Below are positions 31,511-41,309 of a DNA stretch of 64,000 bases, one piece after another. The translations under genes were made by a program, and so were the position numbers. The DNA comes from Promethearchaeota archaeon (GTDB lineage Archaea > Asgardarchaeota > Lokiarchaeia > Sigyniarchaeales > SOKP01). The DNA lies in assembly GCA_019058365.1 (NCBI GenBank), contig JAHPZE010000005.1, positions 1-64,000 on the forward strand, written 5' to 3'. The notes beneath the pieces are model-generated. The model saw nothing but the letters and a program-made list of their open reading frames with translations. It ran no database searches and was not told the origin of the DNA. Numbering within the stretch: the stretch's first letter is position 1; every line of letters starts with the position of its first letter.

Positions 31511-33100
31511 TCATTGTGTAGTTTGTAAAGGTTCTATTGAAATAAGCCCATATTTTTTCAGATTTTCGCTTTGGGCAAATTGTCGTATCATATCCTCTTT
31601 AAGATCTATTTTTTGCTTAACTCTCCTTCTTGCTCTATGAATTGAAAGCCCATAGACATCTTCTGCAGCCTCTAAAACCATTTCGGACAATGAAGGATGG
31701 CTATGAACAGTGTTAGTTATATCATGAATGCTTAGTCCGTTCTTCATTGCTAGAGCAATTTCTGCGATCAATTCAGATGCCGAAACACCAATACAAGAAG
31801 CTCCTAATATATCATCTGTTTTTTCATCAGTAATAATCATTAGAAAGCCTTCTTCTTCCCCCATACATTTCGCTTTTGCTAATGAAGCATATCCAAATCG
31901 ACCTGTCCTTATTTTAACTCCACGATCTTCGAGAAATTTTGATTTATATCCAACAGATCCAATTTCAAATGCAGTAAAAATTGAAGCAGGGATTACTGTA
32001 TAATCTGCAACTACTGGAAAAGTATCGAATCCTCCAATACTGCTAAGGGCATTAAATACTGCGATATTTCCCTCATAACTCGCCACATGCGCTAACAATA
32101 CTCCTCCAGTAACATCCCCTATAGCATAAATTCCATTCTCATTAGTTTCTAAGGTATTTGGGTTCACAACTATTTTTCCTTGATTAACTTCAATTTTAGT
32201 ATTTTCTAGCCCTAATCCTTCTATACATGGTTTTCGTCCTACTGACACAAGACAGAGATCCGCTTCATGAAAAGATTTCTCAGCAGAATCAATTTGGTCT
32301 TTAGGAACTTTTGAATCACAAGTTGTTGCGATAATTTTTGAATTAACCATTTCTATTTTTAGAATATTACAATTTTCATGGATCTCAATACCCATGACAT
32401 TGAATTTCTTTTTTAATTCCCGAACGACCAATTGTTCTTCAATAGCGATTATTGAGGGTAAATACTCCAAAATTTTTACTTTGGACCCAAATCTATTGAA
32501 AATGTTTGCGAATTCACAACCAATCACCCCACCACCTACAATCAATATAGTTTCCGGGATATTGTTGAAATCTTTAGCTAAGACATCATCACTTGTAAGT
32601 ATAAATTTATGGTCAATATTAAAGGAGGGGATTAAAGTTGGTTTTGCTCCAGTTGCTATTATTAAACGTTTTCCTTTTATCTGTTTTGTATTCTTACCTT
32701 CAATATTAATTGTTATTCCATAATCCAAGGATGCTTCAAGAATTCTAGCGGTTCCATAATATAAATCAATTTTTTTTTGTTTAATTAAAGTCTCAATGCC
32801 ACTTATTAATTCATTCACAATTAAGTTCTTACGATTTACGGCATTCTTAAAGTTAGGTTTAACTTCTCCAATTATATCCACTCCAAAGTCCCTAGCATCC
32901 TTTTTAATTTTTTCAATTAATTTTGCTGAGCTAAAGAGTGCTTTTGTTGGGATACATCCACGATTTAAGCAAGTTCCCCCAACATTATCCTTTTCAATAA
33001 GAGCAACTTTTGCGTCATATTGCGCAGCCCTAATAGCTGCATGATAACCTCCTGGTCCCGCACCAATTAATATAATATCATAGTCCATTTCAAATTTCAC
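31511..33100 (-). CDS. lpdA: Dihydrolipoamide dehydrogenase
   Basis: GAGPGGY, GGTCLNRGCIPTK, GGGVIG.E, AIGDV and HSHPSLSE. Confidence 0.95.
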   Translation of the reverse strand: MKFEMDYDIILIGAGPGGYHAAIRAAQYDAKVALIEKDNVGGTCLNRGCIPTKALFSSAKLIEKIKKDARDFGVDIIGEVKPNFKNAVNRKNLIVNELISGIETLIKQKKIDLYYGTARILEASLDYGITINIEGKNTKQIKGKRLIIATGAKPTLIPSFNIDHKFILTSDDVLAKDFNNIPETILIVGGGVIGCEFANIFNRFGSKVKILEYLPSIIAIEEQLVVRELKKKFNVMGIEIHENCNILKIEMVNSKIIATTCDSKVPKDQIDSAEKSFHEADLCLVSVGRKPCIEGLGLENTKIEVNQGKIVVNPNTLETNENGIYAIGDVTGGVLLAHVASYEGNIAVFNALSSIGGFDTFPVVADYTVIPASIFTAFEIGSVGYKSKFLEDRGVKIRTGRFGYASLAKAKCMGEEEGFLMIITDEKTDDILGASCIGVSASELIAEIALAMKNGLSIHDITNTVHSHPSLSEMVLEAAEDVYGLSIHRARRRVKQKIDLKEDMIRQFAQSENLKKYGLISIEPLQTTQ

Positions 33101-33312
33101 CTAAATTTTTTAAAGAATTAATTAATATTATATTTTATTTCCATAAAAAAAGAATATTGCTTTTTATTACTTCCGTAATACCATTAATCTTTATATAATA
33201 AGGAAGTTTGAGTTTAAATTATTTCTTTTATTAAGATCTATAACATTATAAACAAGCCATTTCTGCTAATCTCTATCTTTTTAAAGTTTCTTATAAAAAA
33301 GAATTAAGAATT

Positions 33313-33744
33313 TTAAAATGGGAAGATATTTGGAAAGATGTTAAATGCTAGTCCTAGCAAGGAAGCTATAAGCATTAAAATTAATGCGGTGATAAGTACT
33401 CCGACGATAATAGCTATTAGAGCAACAAGTAAAGCATTTAAAAAACCTGTATTATGTCTAGCATTAATAATTAAAACTCCAATTAAAAAACCAATAATAA
33501 GTACTATCCATGGCGCAAGAATAATGGATAAAAACGCAATTAAGAAATCCACAATGACTACAATCAGAAGAGCTGTTCCAAAAACATCAATAAATTCCAC
33601 ATTTTCAGCATTTTTAACGAAATTTAAACCCACACCTAAAAATACAGCAATAAATATTAGGCTTATAATAAATAGAATTATCCAAAATAATATTAACTCT
33701 ACTACTAATAATGTTGTTCCCAATGGAGATAATTGAAAGATCAA
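33313..33744 (-). CDS. Hypothetical 4-TM membrane protein
   Basis: Almost entirely hydrophobic 143-aa ORF. Confidence 0.7.
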   Translation of the reverse strand: MIFQLSPLGTTLLVVELILFWIILFIISLIFIAVFLGVGLNFVKNAENVEFIDVFGTALLIVVIVDFLIAFLSIILAPWIVLIIGFLIGVLIINARHNTGFLNALLVALIAIIVGVLITALILMLIASLLGLAFNIFPNIFPF

Positions 33745-34164
33745 TCTTCTAACCTAAATTAAGATTTTTTTATATGAATTAAGTATAATTTTAATTAAAG
33801 TCATCTTTTTATTAAAGCTTTTACTGTAATGTAAAAAGGTTTTTGCTTACAGTATATTTACTTTTAGATAAGCTTAATTTCAATACGTAACTTCTATACT
33901 TGAAAGAGAAAGCTAGTTTAATAATTTATTAAGGAATTACAATCGAAAATTCTTCATTTTTCTCCTTTTTTAAATTTTTAAGTAAAAAAATTAGTATTTG
34001 TATTCTTAAAAGGAAAATATTTAAAAGTAAAATATTGAATTTTAATCTAAATGTATTTTTGTTAAAAAAAATAATTAAGACCTAAAAAATTATATGAGAT
34101 AAGATTTTTTCCATTATAAAAAAAATAAATATCTAATTGAATTAATTTTGAAATGTGAAATCTG

Positions 34165-34878
34165 ATGGATAAAAAAAAAGTACTCTTCATTTCTGGATTT
34201 GTAAATATTATCATACTAATAGCTATTTTAATTAATATTATTATAGTTTTCCCTTTAACAGCAGAAAACGCATGGATTTATGGACTATATATAATGATAG
34301 CTGGATTCATTACTTATTTAACGGGATTATTTCTTGTTGATGGCTATCGTTTAGAAACAATAGGGGCTATTATAGTAATTATAGGTGAAATATTTATAAT
34401 TACATATTTTGCTATAGCTTTAAAAACAGTTTGGGTAAGTATATTTATTATCTTTCCTGTAATTACTTTTTCAGTTTTAATAATTATTGCGTACTATTAT
34501 AGCAAGGAAATCTTACCCAATAAAAATGCATATAATATTTCAGTGATGTTAATATCGGGCTCTTTCTTCTTTCTAATGATTGAAGCTGCTTTTAGAATTC
34601 CCAATTTTTTTCAAAAAGCAAATGTCCCAATATGGGCATACATTATGATTGTAGGAGGATTCTTAATTTATGTCTTTACAACATGGAAAATTTTAGAAGA
34701 ACCTAGTTACATCATGGCTTTAACAGGAGCATTTATAATCAATATTGGCGTACTCATGATTGAGCTTCACTACCGCTTCCATGAAATTACAGGAATCTTT
34801 ATGTTAATATTTCTACCCCCCGCAGCCGTTTTCCTTCTATTAATCTATGTTAATTATAAAATATCTCCATATGATTAA
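34165..34878 (+). CDS. Hypothetical polytopic membrane protein (about 8 TM)
   Basis: Hydrophobic ORF with paralogous remnants at 26110 and 27191. Confidence 0.8.
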   Translation: MDKKKVLFISGFVNIIILIAILINIIIVFPLTAENAWIYGLYIMIAGFITYLTGLFLVDGYRLETIGAIIVIIGEIFIITYFAIALKTVWVSIFIIFPVITFSVLIIIAYYYSKEILPNKNAYNISVMLISGSFFFLMIEAAFRIPNFFQKANVPIWAYIMIVGGFLIYVFTTWKILEEPSYIMALTGAFIINIGVLMIELHYRFHEITGIFMLIFLPPAAVFLLLIYVNYKISPYD

Positions 34879-34913
34879 TTTAATTTAAATGTTTTTTAAT
34901 CTCTTCTATTTAA

Positions 34914-36005
34914 TTATTTTTTTGAGTACATTTTAAGATATTCATAAGTTTTTGAGAGATTAGTATTCGATAATTTTAAAAATAAAGCAATTAAATGGCT
35001 ACAAAAATTTAAGCGATGATAAACCCAATGGCAATTACTATGCTTAATCTGATTATTTTCTATAATTATCTCTAGGTTTTCTTCCTCTCCTTGGTTAGAT
35101 ACTCTTAACCTTGCATAACAATTAAGTGGTGGACCCCAACCAACCTTAATTATATCTACTGAAATTTTTTTAGCTTCTAAAAATCTAGAATTCTTTTTAA
35201 AATTAAAAAGCATTTTACTAAATTCTTCGATATCTGACTGATCTTTTATTAAAGCAATTAATTTTTTTTTCACTGGTTTTACTTTCTCGTCTTCTGAAAT
35301 CTTGATTTTTGATTCTGAAATAAAGTTTAAAATCTCTTTAACTGTAAGATCTTCTAAATCTTCAAAGTTAAATTCAGTCTTGCCCATTAAATTTGTTTTT
35401 AAAAATTCTTCTACTGAATAAGTTCCAAGTTTTTTCTGCTTTGAGATGTCTTTATAGAAGGATTTAAAATCCAGATTATTTACCAATTCGTTAAATATTT
35501 CTGGGAGATTACATTTATCCCAACGAGAAGCATTTATATTAAATTTGCGGAACCCCCATATCATACCTATCCAAAAATGGCTACAGAATCCTCCATCTTT
35601 AGCGTATTCACAAGTACAATTAAACTTGAATCTTAAAGGTTCAATCTTTTTCTCTAAATTTAAAAATTCAATATTTGTATATATTTCCCACCTAAAACCT
35701 TTAAAGTATAACATTATATTATTATTTTTCTCATCAAACTGTAAAGATTCGAGCTTTGTTGGATTTTCTTTTTTAAAATATTTTGGTACTAGTGAAATAA
35801 TTGAATTTAACGATTTTTGCTCCAAATCCTTTAAAAAAGAATGAAATGCATTATTAGGAATTGATTTTAATATAAGGTTTATTATATCATCTTTACTTAA
35901 ATTTGAAAAACCTTTAATTCTATTTTGTTTACATATATCTTTTAAATCTTGAATTGTAAAAGCTAACAAATAGATTTTTGCTTGTTCTAATTTATCTAAA
36001 TGCAC
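34914..36005 (-). CDS. SWIM zinc-finger protein with Rho-N/HeH-like N-terminal domain
   Basis: TIQDLKDICK...IKGFSNLSKDDII, CTC...GGFCSH and a second HSNC....FCSH. Confidence 0.75.
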   Translation of the reverse strand: MHLDKLEQAKIYLLAFTIQDLKDICKQNRIKGFSNLSKDDIINLILKSIPNNAFHSFLKDLEQKSLNSIISLVPKYFKKENPTKLESLQFDEKNNNIMLYFKGFRWEIYTNIEFLNLEKKIEPLRFKFNCTCEYAKDGGFCSHFWIGMIWGFRKFNINASRWDKCNLPEIFNELVNNLDFKSFYKDISKQKKLGTYSVEEFLKTNLMGKTEFNFEDLEDLTVKEILNFISESKIKISEDEKVKPVKKKLIALIKDQSDIEEFSKMLFNFKKNSRFLEAKKISVDIIKVGWGPPLNCYARLRVSNQGEEENLEIIIENNQIKHSNCHWVYHRLNFCSHLIALFLKLSNTNLSKTYEYLKMYSKK

Positions 36006-36062
36006 ATTATATCCCCAAAAATTTTAATTTTATTGAATTTTAAGACTCTGATTCTAATAATT

Positions 36063-36632
36063 TCAGGTAAACTTAAACTCTAAATGAATTAAATTTGAGG
36101 TTTTTTCTTCCTCTATAGTTATAAATTTTAATTGAAAATATTCGGATAACAGATTTTTATATAACAATGAAAAGTAGTTTGAAAAGAATATATCTAGATC
36201 ATGCAAACCCCTAAAGATAAAGATATTGTCTCGAATCTGAACATCGATAGTATTAAACCATTTTAATCCATTTTTTCCATATAAATTAACTGAAAAGGCA
36301 GCATAAGTCTTCAATGAATCGTTATTCATAGGTTTAGCGACTAAGAATTTCATTAGGTCAGAATATAGGGAAGAAGCTTCATTAGCTATAATGTTTAAGT
36401 TTTCACTATTTATTTTAGATAAAAGTTTAGAGAATGCGATTTTAGAGATCATAATCAAGTTGTTATTTTGATTAAATAATTCCAGGTTAAGCCATTGTTC
36501 AATAGCATTTTTCGCAACTAATCCACGAGTTTTATTGGTTTGTTTTGCAATAATATCTAATTTATTGAGTACTTCTTCTGAAAGTCTAAAGCCAAGAAAA
36601 TTATCTTTTTTCTTTATTGGTTTTTTTGCCAT
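36063..36632 (-). CDS. Ribbon-helix-helix (CopG-like) regulator with C-terminal domain
   Basis: LGFRLSEEVLNKLDIIAK.TNKTRG.V...AI..WL. Confidence 0.7.
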   Translation of the reverse strand: MAKKPIKKKDNFLGFRLSEEVLNKLDIIAKQTNKTRGLVAKNAIEQWLNLELFNQNNNLIMISKIAFSKLLSKINSENLNIIANEASSLYSDLMKFLVAKPMNNDSLKTYAAFSVNLYGKNGLKWFNTIDVQIRDNIFIFRGLHDLDIFFSNYFSLLYKNLLSEYFQLKFITIEEEKTSNLIHLEFKFT

Positions 36633-36809
36633 TTTCTCTTTTTATTCTTTATTAATATCTTCTTTAAAACTTGTATATATACATATTAAATGTTTTTATA
36701 TGCATATAAAGTTGTCTATTGCTTTTTTTGTTTTCGAATGATAACATTTAAATATTATGTTATCATTATAATAAATTATCTATAGTAACTAAAAAAATTA
36801 GGAGGAAAA

Positions 36810-36992
36810 TTGCTTAAAATGAGAGGAGACCCCAAAAAAAAGAAGAAGAAATATGATTATGAATATGATGATTATCATGATAAAAATGAGGGAGATAACG
36901 AAGTTATTGATTCTGATGAGGAAGATGATTGGGATTATGAAGATGACGACGAGGAAGAAAAGATAGAGAATTTCGATGAAATTTATAGTTAG
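36810..36992 (+). CDS. Small basic-then-acidic low-complexity protein
   Basis: AGGAGG RBS directly upstream. PKKKKKK is followed by a D/E-rich tract. Confidence 0.65.
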   Translation: MLKMRGDPKKKKKKYDYEYDDYHDKNEGDNEVIDSDEEDDWDYEDDDEEEKIENFDEIYS

Positions 36993-37076
36993 TTTGAATA
37001 GATTATACAATAAGTAAAATTATGATTAAAAAAGATTTCAAATTCATGATTAAAAATACAAAATAAAAAAAAATAG

Positions 37077-37742
37077 GTGGTTTATACGGAAGAAATTAAA
37101 AGTATTGAAAAAATAGCCGAAGAAAATTCTAATATAGCGAAAAGTGAAAAAGATTCTGCTAGTGAAATGAAAGCTTTAGCTAAACAACTTGTAAAAAGAG
37201 CTAAAGCTAGAGAAATGCTTGTTAAAAATGAAATTGAACTAGCGAAAATACGAGAGAGATTAGCCGAGAAGAGTAAGAAATTAGTTGAAAAAAAAGAAAT
37301 AGTAAAAGATCTTTTGAAATTAGGCAATGACATTTTAAAAGCGGAGAAAAGTCAAGCGATTTACAATGAAAAAGTTGCTGAAATTCAAACAAAGATAGCT
37401 GAAGTTCAGGCAAAGATTGCGAATGTAGAAACTGAAATTGCTGAAGTAAATATAACACTTTCTAATAAAAAGTTTAATGAAGCTAAAGAAAGAGGCAATT
37501 TAGGAAAAAAACAATTAGATTATGTAAAACTAGTAAATATTAATGCTCCTGGTGAGAAGGTTTCTAAAGCAAAAGAAGATTATCTTAAAATACAGAAAAA
37601 TTTAACTAAGTTTGAAATTGATACAATGGTAATAAATAAAAATATAGCTGCAAAACAGAATAAATTAGCTGATTTGAAGAAAGAACTCTCAGAAAAATTA
37701 TCTGAAAGAGAAAAAGTTAGACCTGCTGAAAGTAGTTCCTAA
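37077..37742 (+). CDS. ~220-aa coiled-coil protein (paralog B)
   Basis: KRAKAREMLVKNEIELAK and KLADLKKELSEKLSEREKVRP. Confidence 0.85.
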   Translation: MVYTEEIKSIEKIAEENSNIAKSEKDSASEMKALAKQLVKRAKAREMLVKNEIELAKIRERLAEKSKKLVEKKEIVKDLLKLGNDILKAEKSQAIYNEKVAEIQTKIAEVQAKIANVETEIAEVNITLSNKKFNEAKERGNLGKKQLDYVKLVNINAPGEKVSKAKEDYLKIQKNLTKFEIDTMVINKNIAAKQNKLADLKKELSEKLSEREKVRPAESSS

Positions 37743-37870
37743 AAATTTATTTACAATAAAGAATAAAAATCAAATAATTAATTTTTTTTATTAATAAATA
37801 ATATTCTATGAAAGTTTAAATTTTAAAAAATGTTTTTGGATTGACTGAAAGAAAGTAGAAAAGCGATTTT

Positions 37871-38065
37871 ATGATTTTAAATCAATTAATATTTTTAATC
37901 TTTCTTTCATTTGGGCTTTTAATAATAACTTTAATATTAATGATAAAAGTATTTATTGATCAATTGAAAAAAACAGATGAAGACCTTATCCTTCTTATTC
38001 TAATAGGTATTGTGATAAGTTTTTTAATATCTGTAATTTTAGGAATGATCCAAGATATACTATAG
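37871..38065 (+). CDS. Small 2-TM membrane protein
   Basis: 64-aa helical-hairpin pattern. Confidence 0.55.
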   Translation: MILNQLIFLIFLSFGLLIITLILMIKVFIDQLKKTDEDLILLILIGIVISFLISVILGMIQDIL

Positions 38066-38083
38066 TCAACTTTTTCAATTAGG

Positions 38084-38722
38084 TTAGTCTTGTTTATGTG
38101 TTTTTTCTATTTTTCCTTTTAACTGTTCAATTTCAATTTGTTTTTTTTCTATATCACGGTTTAAATTTACACATTCAAGATTTAGATCATTTAAATCTTT
38201 AGTTATTTTTTTTTTATCACTTTCGATTCTTCCTTCTTCAATGTTATTTAATTCTTTATCTAATTTTTCAATAGTTTGTTTTTTTTCATTGAATACTTCT
38301 TTTAAATACTTAATTTCTTCTTCCTTTGCTATTATCTCTTGTATTATGAGTTCACTTTCATCCATATCAATTAATTCTTCAATTCTAGAAATATACCTTT
38401 TTATTGCAGTTAATTTTAGTTCTTTTTCTTCTTCTTTCTTGAAAAAAAGAGCAATATTACTATCCTCACCTAGTTTCAAAATAATAATAGACATATCATC
38501 AGTTTCAAAAATAATTTTTTTATAATTTTCAAAATTATAATTACAAATTTCATAAAGTTTTTTTGTATGATTTAATATTTCTGCTAAATTTTCGCCTAAT
38601 TTTGGTATATTAATCTCTTGTTCAAACGTAGTTTGAAAAATTGTGCCATTGTTATAGAACATAGCAACGTGTTTCACTTCTGGTAAAGCCGATTTAATTC
38701 TTAGAATATTTTTAAATACCAT
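38084..38722 (-). CDS. Roadblock/longin-like domain plus C-terminal coiled coil
   Basis: LPEVKHVAMFYNNGTI...helix...KIIFETDD.SIIILKLGEDSNIALFF secondary-structure pattern, then heptads. Confidence 0.6.
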   Translation of the reverse strand: MVFKNILRIKSALPEVKHVAMFYNNGTIFQTTFEQEINIPKLGENLAEILNHTKKLYEICNYNFENYKKIIFETDDMSIIILKLGEDSNIALFFKKEEEKELKLTAIKRYISRIEELIDMDESELIIQEIIAKEEEIKYLKEVFNEKKQTIEKLDKELNNIEEGRIESDKKKITKDLNDLNLECVNLNRDIEKKQIEIEQLKGKIEKTHKQD

Positions 38723-38811
38723 TTCATTATCATACTATTATAATTTTTACTTAGCTTAAAATGAATTGCATATTTTTTAAAATACTTTATTCTAATTTTA
38801 AGCTTAAACCT

Positions 38812-40272
38812 TTACTTTATTATTAATTTTCTAATTTTAGTTATAAAGTTCTGTATTTTAGAGGTTTTACCTTTTTTTGATTTTGTTCTTAGTAGCATAG
38901 ATAAACTAAATATAATGAAGAATATGATTAAAAGAATCATCATTCCAATTAAAAATTGGTAAATGATTACAAAATAGAGAGAAACAATTAATAATTGGTA
39001 GTTTGTTGTAAAAAATCCTAACTTAAAAAATTGTTTCATACTAATTGGTCGTTTATTCTTTTCAGCAATATTAGCAACAAGGATATTATCACCCATAGGA
39101 GTCAAATTGTCACCCCAATTAGCTCCTAATGCTAAACTAAAGAATGGTTGATTTACATTTTCAATTGATGGGATTAGAGGCATTCTTCCAATTACAGGAA
39201 TTAATATTTTGGTAATAGGAATATTATCTATATTGCTACTTAGATATGCAGAGAACCACATAATTATTAGAATCTGATTTAACGGACTTCTTCCAGCGAT
39301 ATATGAAATTCCTTCACCAATTGAATATAAAAGTCCAGTATATTCAAGAGCACCAGAGATAATGAAAATTCCTATAAGATAGAGAATGAGTTCAAAATCG
39401 ATTTTTGTTATTATATCTTTAGGATTTAGTTTACTTGTAATTATTAATATTAATGCCACCGTTAAAGCTAAGATATCAATTGATATAATGGTGGGAGGAA
39501 TTATAATAAAAAGTAAAAATGTAACAAAGAGTGCAATAGCAGATTTATATAGAAGCATTTTATTTTGAACAAAATTCCAGGTATTTATTTCTTTTAAAAT
39601 CTGAAATCCTCCTGTGGGTATTTCCAAGTCTTTTTTATATAAAAAAATAAAGAATATTAAAGTCAAGGGGAACATTAGTAATGAAATTATACCTACATTT
39701 ATAAAAAAATCAATGAATGAGATATTTGCATAACTCGTTATTAAAATGTTAGGAATTGAAGATATTGAAAAAACTGTTCCACCTATGTTTACTAAAATTG
39801 CTTGCGTTAATATATATGGAGAAGGATTTATATTTAATATTCGTGATACGGTTATAATAAGGGGAATTAATATAATGACTGTTAAGATATTATTTAAAAT
39901 AGAAGATAGAATTACTGTTATAATTGAAAATATTATTAGTAAATAAATCGGTTTTTCTCCTGTTAATTTGATCAAACTTATGGCAATAAATTGAAATAAT
40001 CCGGCCTCATTGGCAATTTGCACTATAATCATCATACTTAAAATTAATATTAAAGAATGTAAATTAACAAAACCCTCTGCTTGAGTCCCAAATAAAAATT
40101 CTACTATTTTAGAAAAGGGTTCTCCCTCAATGAAAAATAATGTAAAAAACGCAATTAATGCTCCTACAAGCGCAGCAATTGCTCTATTTAATTTATTAGT
40201 TAAAATTAAAATAACCACTGCTATAAAGCAACTCAAAATAATAATACTACTAATTATTTCCAATTCAAACAC
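38812..40272 (-). CDS. ArsB/NhaD/SLC13 (P-protein-like) permease
   Basis: LSSILNN, NIGG...ISSIPNI, SSNIDNIP and LGANWGDNLTPMG. Confidence 0.85.
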   Translation of the reverse strand: MFELEIISSIIILSCFIAVVILILTNKLNRAIAALVGALIAFFTLFFIEGEPFSKIVEFLFGTQAEGFVNLHSLILILSMMIIVQIANEAGLFQFIAISLIKLTGEKPIYLLIIFSIITVILSSILNNILTVIILIPLIITVSRILNINPSPYILTQAILVNIGGTVFSISSIPNILITSYANISFIDFFINVGIISLLMFPLTLIFFIFLYKKDLEIPTGGFQILKEINTWNFVQNKMLLYKSAIALFVTFLLFIIIPPTIISIDILALTVALILIITSKLNPKDIITKIDFELILYLIGIFIISGALEYTGLLYSIGEGISYIAGRSPLNQILIIMWFSAYLSSNIDNIPITKILIPVIGRMPLIPSIENVNQPFFSLALGANWGDNLTPMGDNILVANIAEKNKRPISMKQFFKLGFFTTNYQLLIVSLYFVIIYQFLIGMMILLIIFFIIFSLSMLLRTKSKKGKTSKIQNFITKIRKLIIK

Positions 40273-40454
40273 TTAATTTGATTTGATTTATTCATTTTTG
40301 AAGATTAAAATACTTAATAAATTTATTGCTTTTTTAATTCTAAATCTATTAATTTAAAATCTATGTGTCTTAGGTATTGAACTCATATACAATAAAACCT
40401 ATAGCAATTTTTATAAAAAAAAATTATTTCAGCATATTTATACATTGTAGGAGA

Positions 40455-41105
40455 TTAGAGAGCTGGGGGCCTGATTTTTTCACGCTCAGCTAATTTTTCT
40501 GAAAGTGCTTTTTTTAAATCAGCTAAATTGTCTTCTTTTTTTCTAATTACTGCACTTTTTTCAGAAACTTCTTTCATCGCTTTAGTTAAATGTAGTTGTT
40601 GATCTAGATAATCTTTTTCTGCTTTTGTTATTTTTTCGCTTAAAGCTGAAGTTTTCACAAGTTTAATATACTTTAATTGTTTATTTGCTAAAGCTTCACG
40701 TTCTTTAGCAACTTTCAACTTTTCATTTATAATTTTCATTTCATCTTCAGCAATGTCTATTTCTATATGCGCTATTTTTCTTTGCACCTCAGCAACGTTT
40801 TTTTGGGCTCCAGCAATCTTTTCGCTATAAATAACATATTTTTCTTCAATCTCTAAATCAATATCAGAGAATTTCAGAATATCTTTAACATTCTCTTTGT
40901 TTCTAATCAATTTAATATTTTTTTCAGCTAATCGTTCTCGCATTTTTGCTAATTCAATTTCATTCTTAACAAGCGTTTCTCGTGCTTTAGCTCGTTTTTG
41001 CTCTAGTTTGATGGTCAATTTGAAATCTTTGGTTAAAGTTTTTTCATTTTTAGCAATATCTAAATTTTTATTTGCTGTTATTTCTAAATTTTCAATACTT
41101 TCCAA
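40455..41105 (-). CDS. ~220-aa coiled-coil protein (paralog C)
   Basis: KRAKARETLVKNEIELAK and LADLKKALSEKLAEREKIRP. Confidence 0.85.
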   Translation of the reverse strand: MESIENLEITANKNLDIAKNEKTLTKDFKLTIKLEQKRAKARETLVKNEIELAKMRERLAEKNIKLIRNKENVKDILKFSDIDLEIEEKYVIYSEKIAGAQKNVAEVQRKIAHIEIDIAEDEMKIINEKLKVAKEREALANKQLKYIKLVKTSALSEKITKAEKDYLDQQLHLTKAMKEVSEKSAVIRKKEDNLADLKKALSEKLAEREKIRPPAL

Positions 41106-41309
41106 ATGATAACACCATTTTATTTTAAAATTAGACTTTTTTGGATATGTAATGATTAAGGATGCAAATTAATATAAATTTTTATCTTTGAAAGATTCTT
41201 TTATTAGTGGAATCAAAAAGAAGGCTATTATAGTTCAAAAATTAAATAATATATATGAGTTTCTCTCAAATCATATAAAAAGATACACTAATAATTTTAT
41301 CTTTATATT

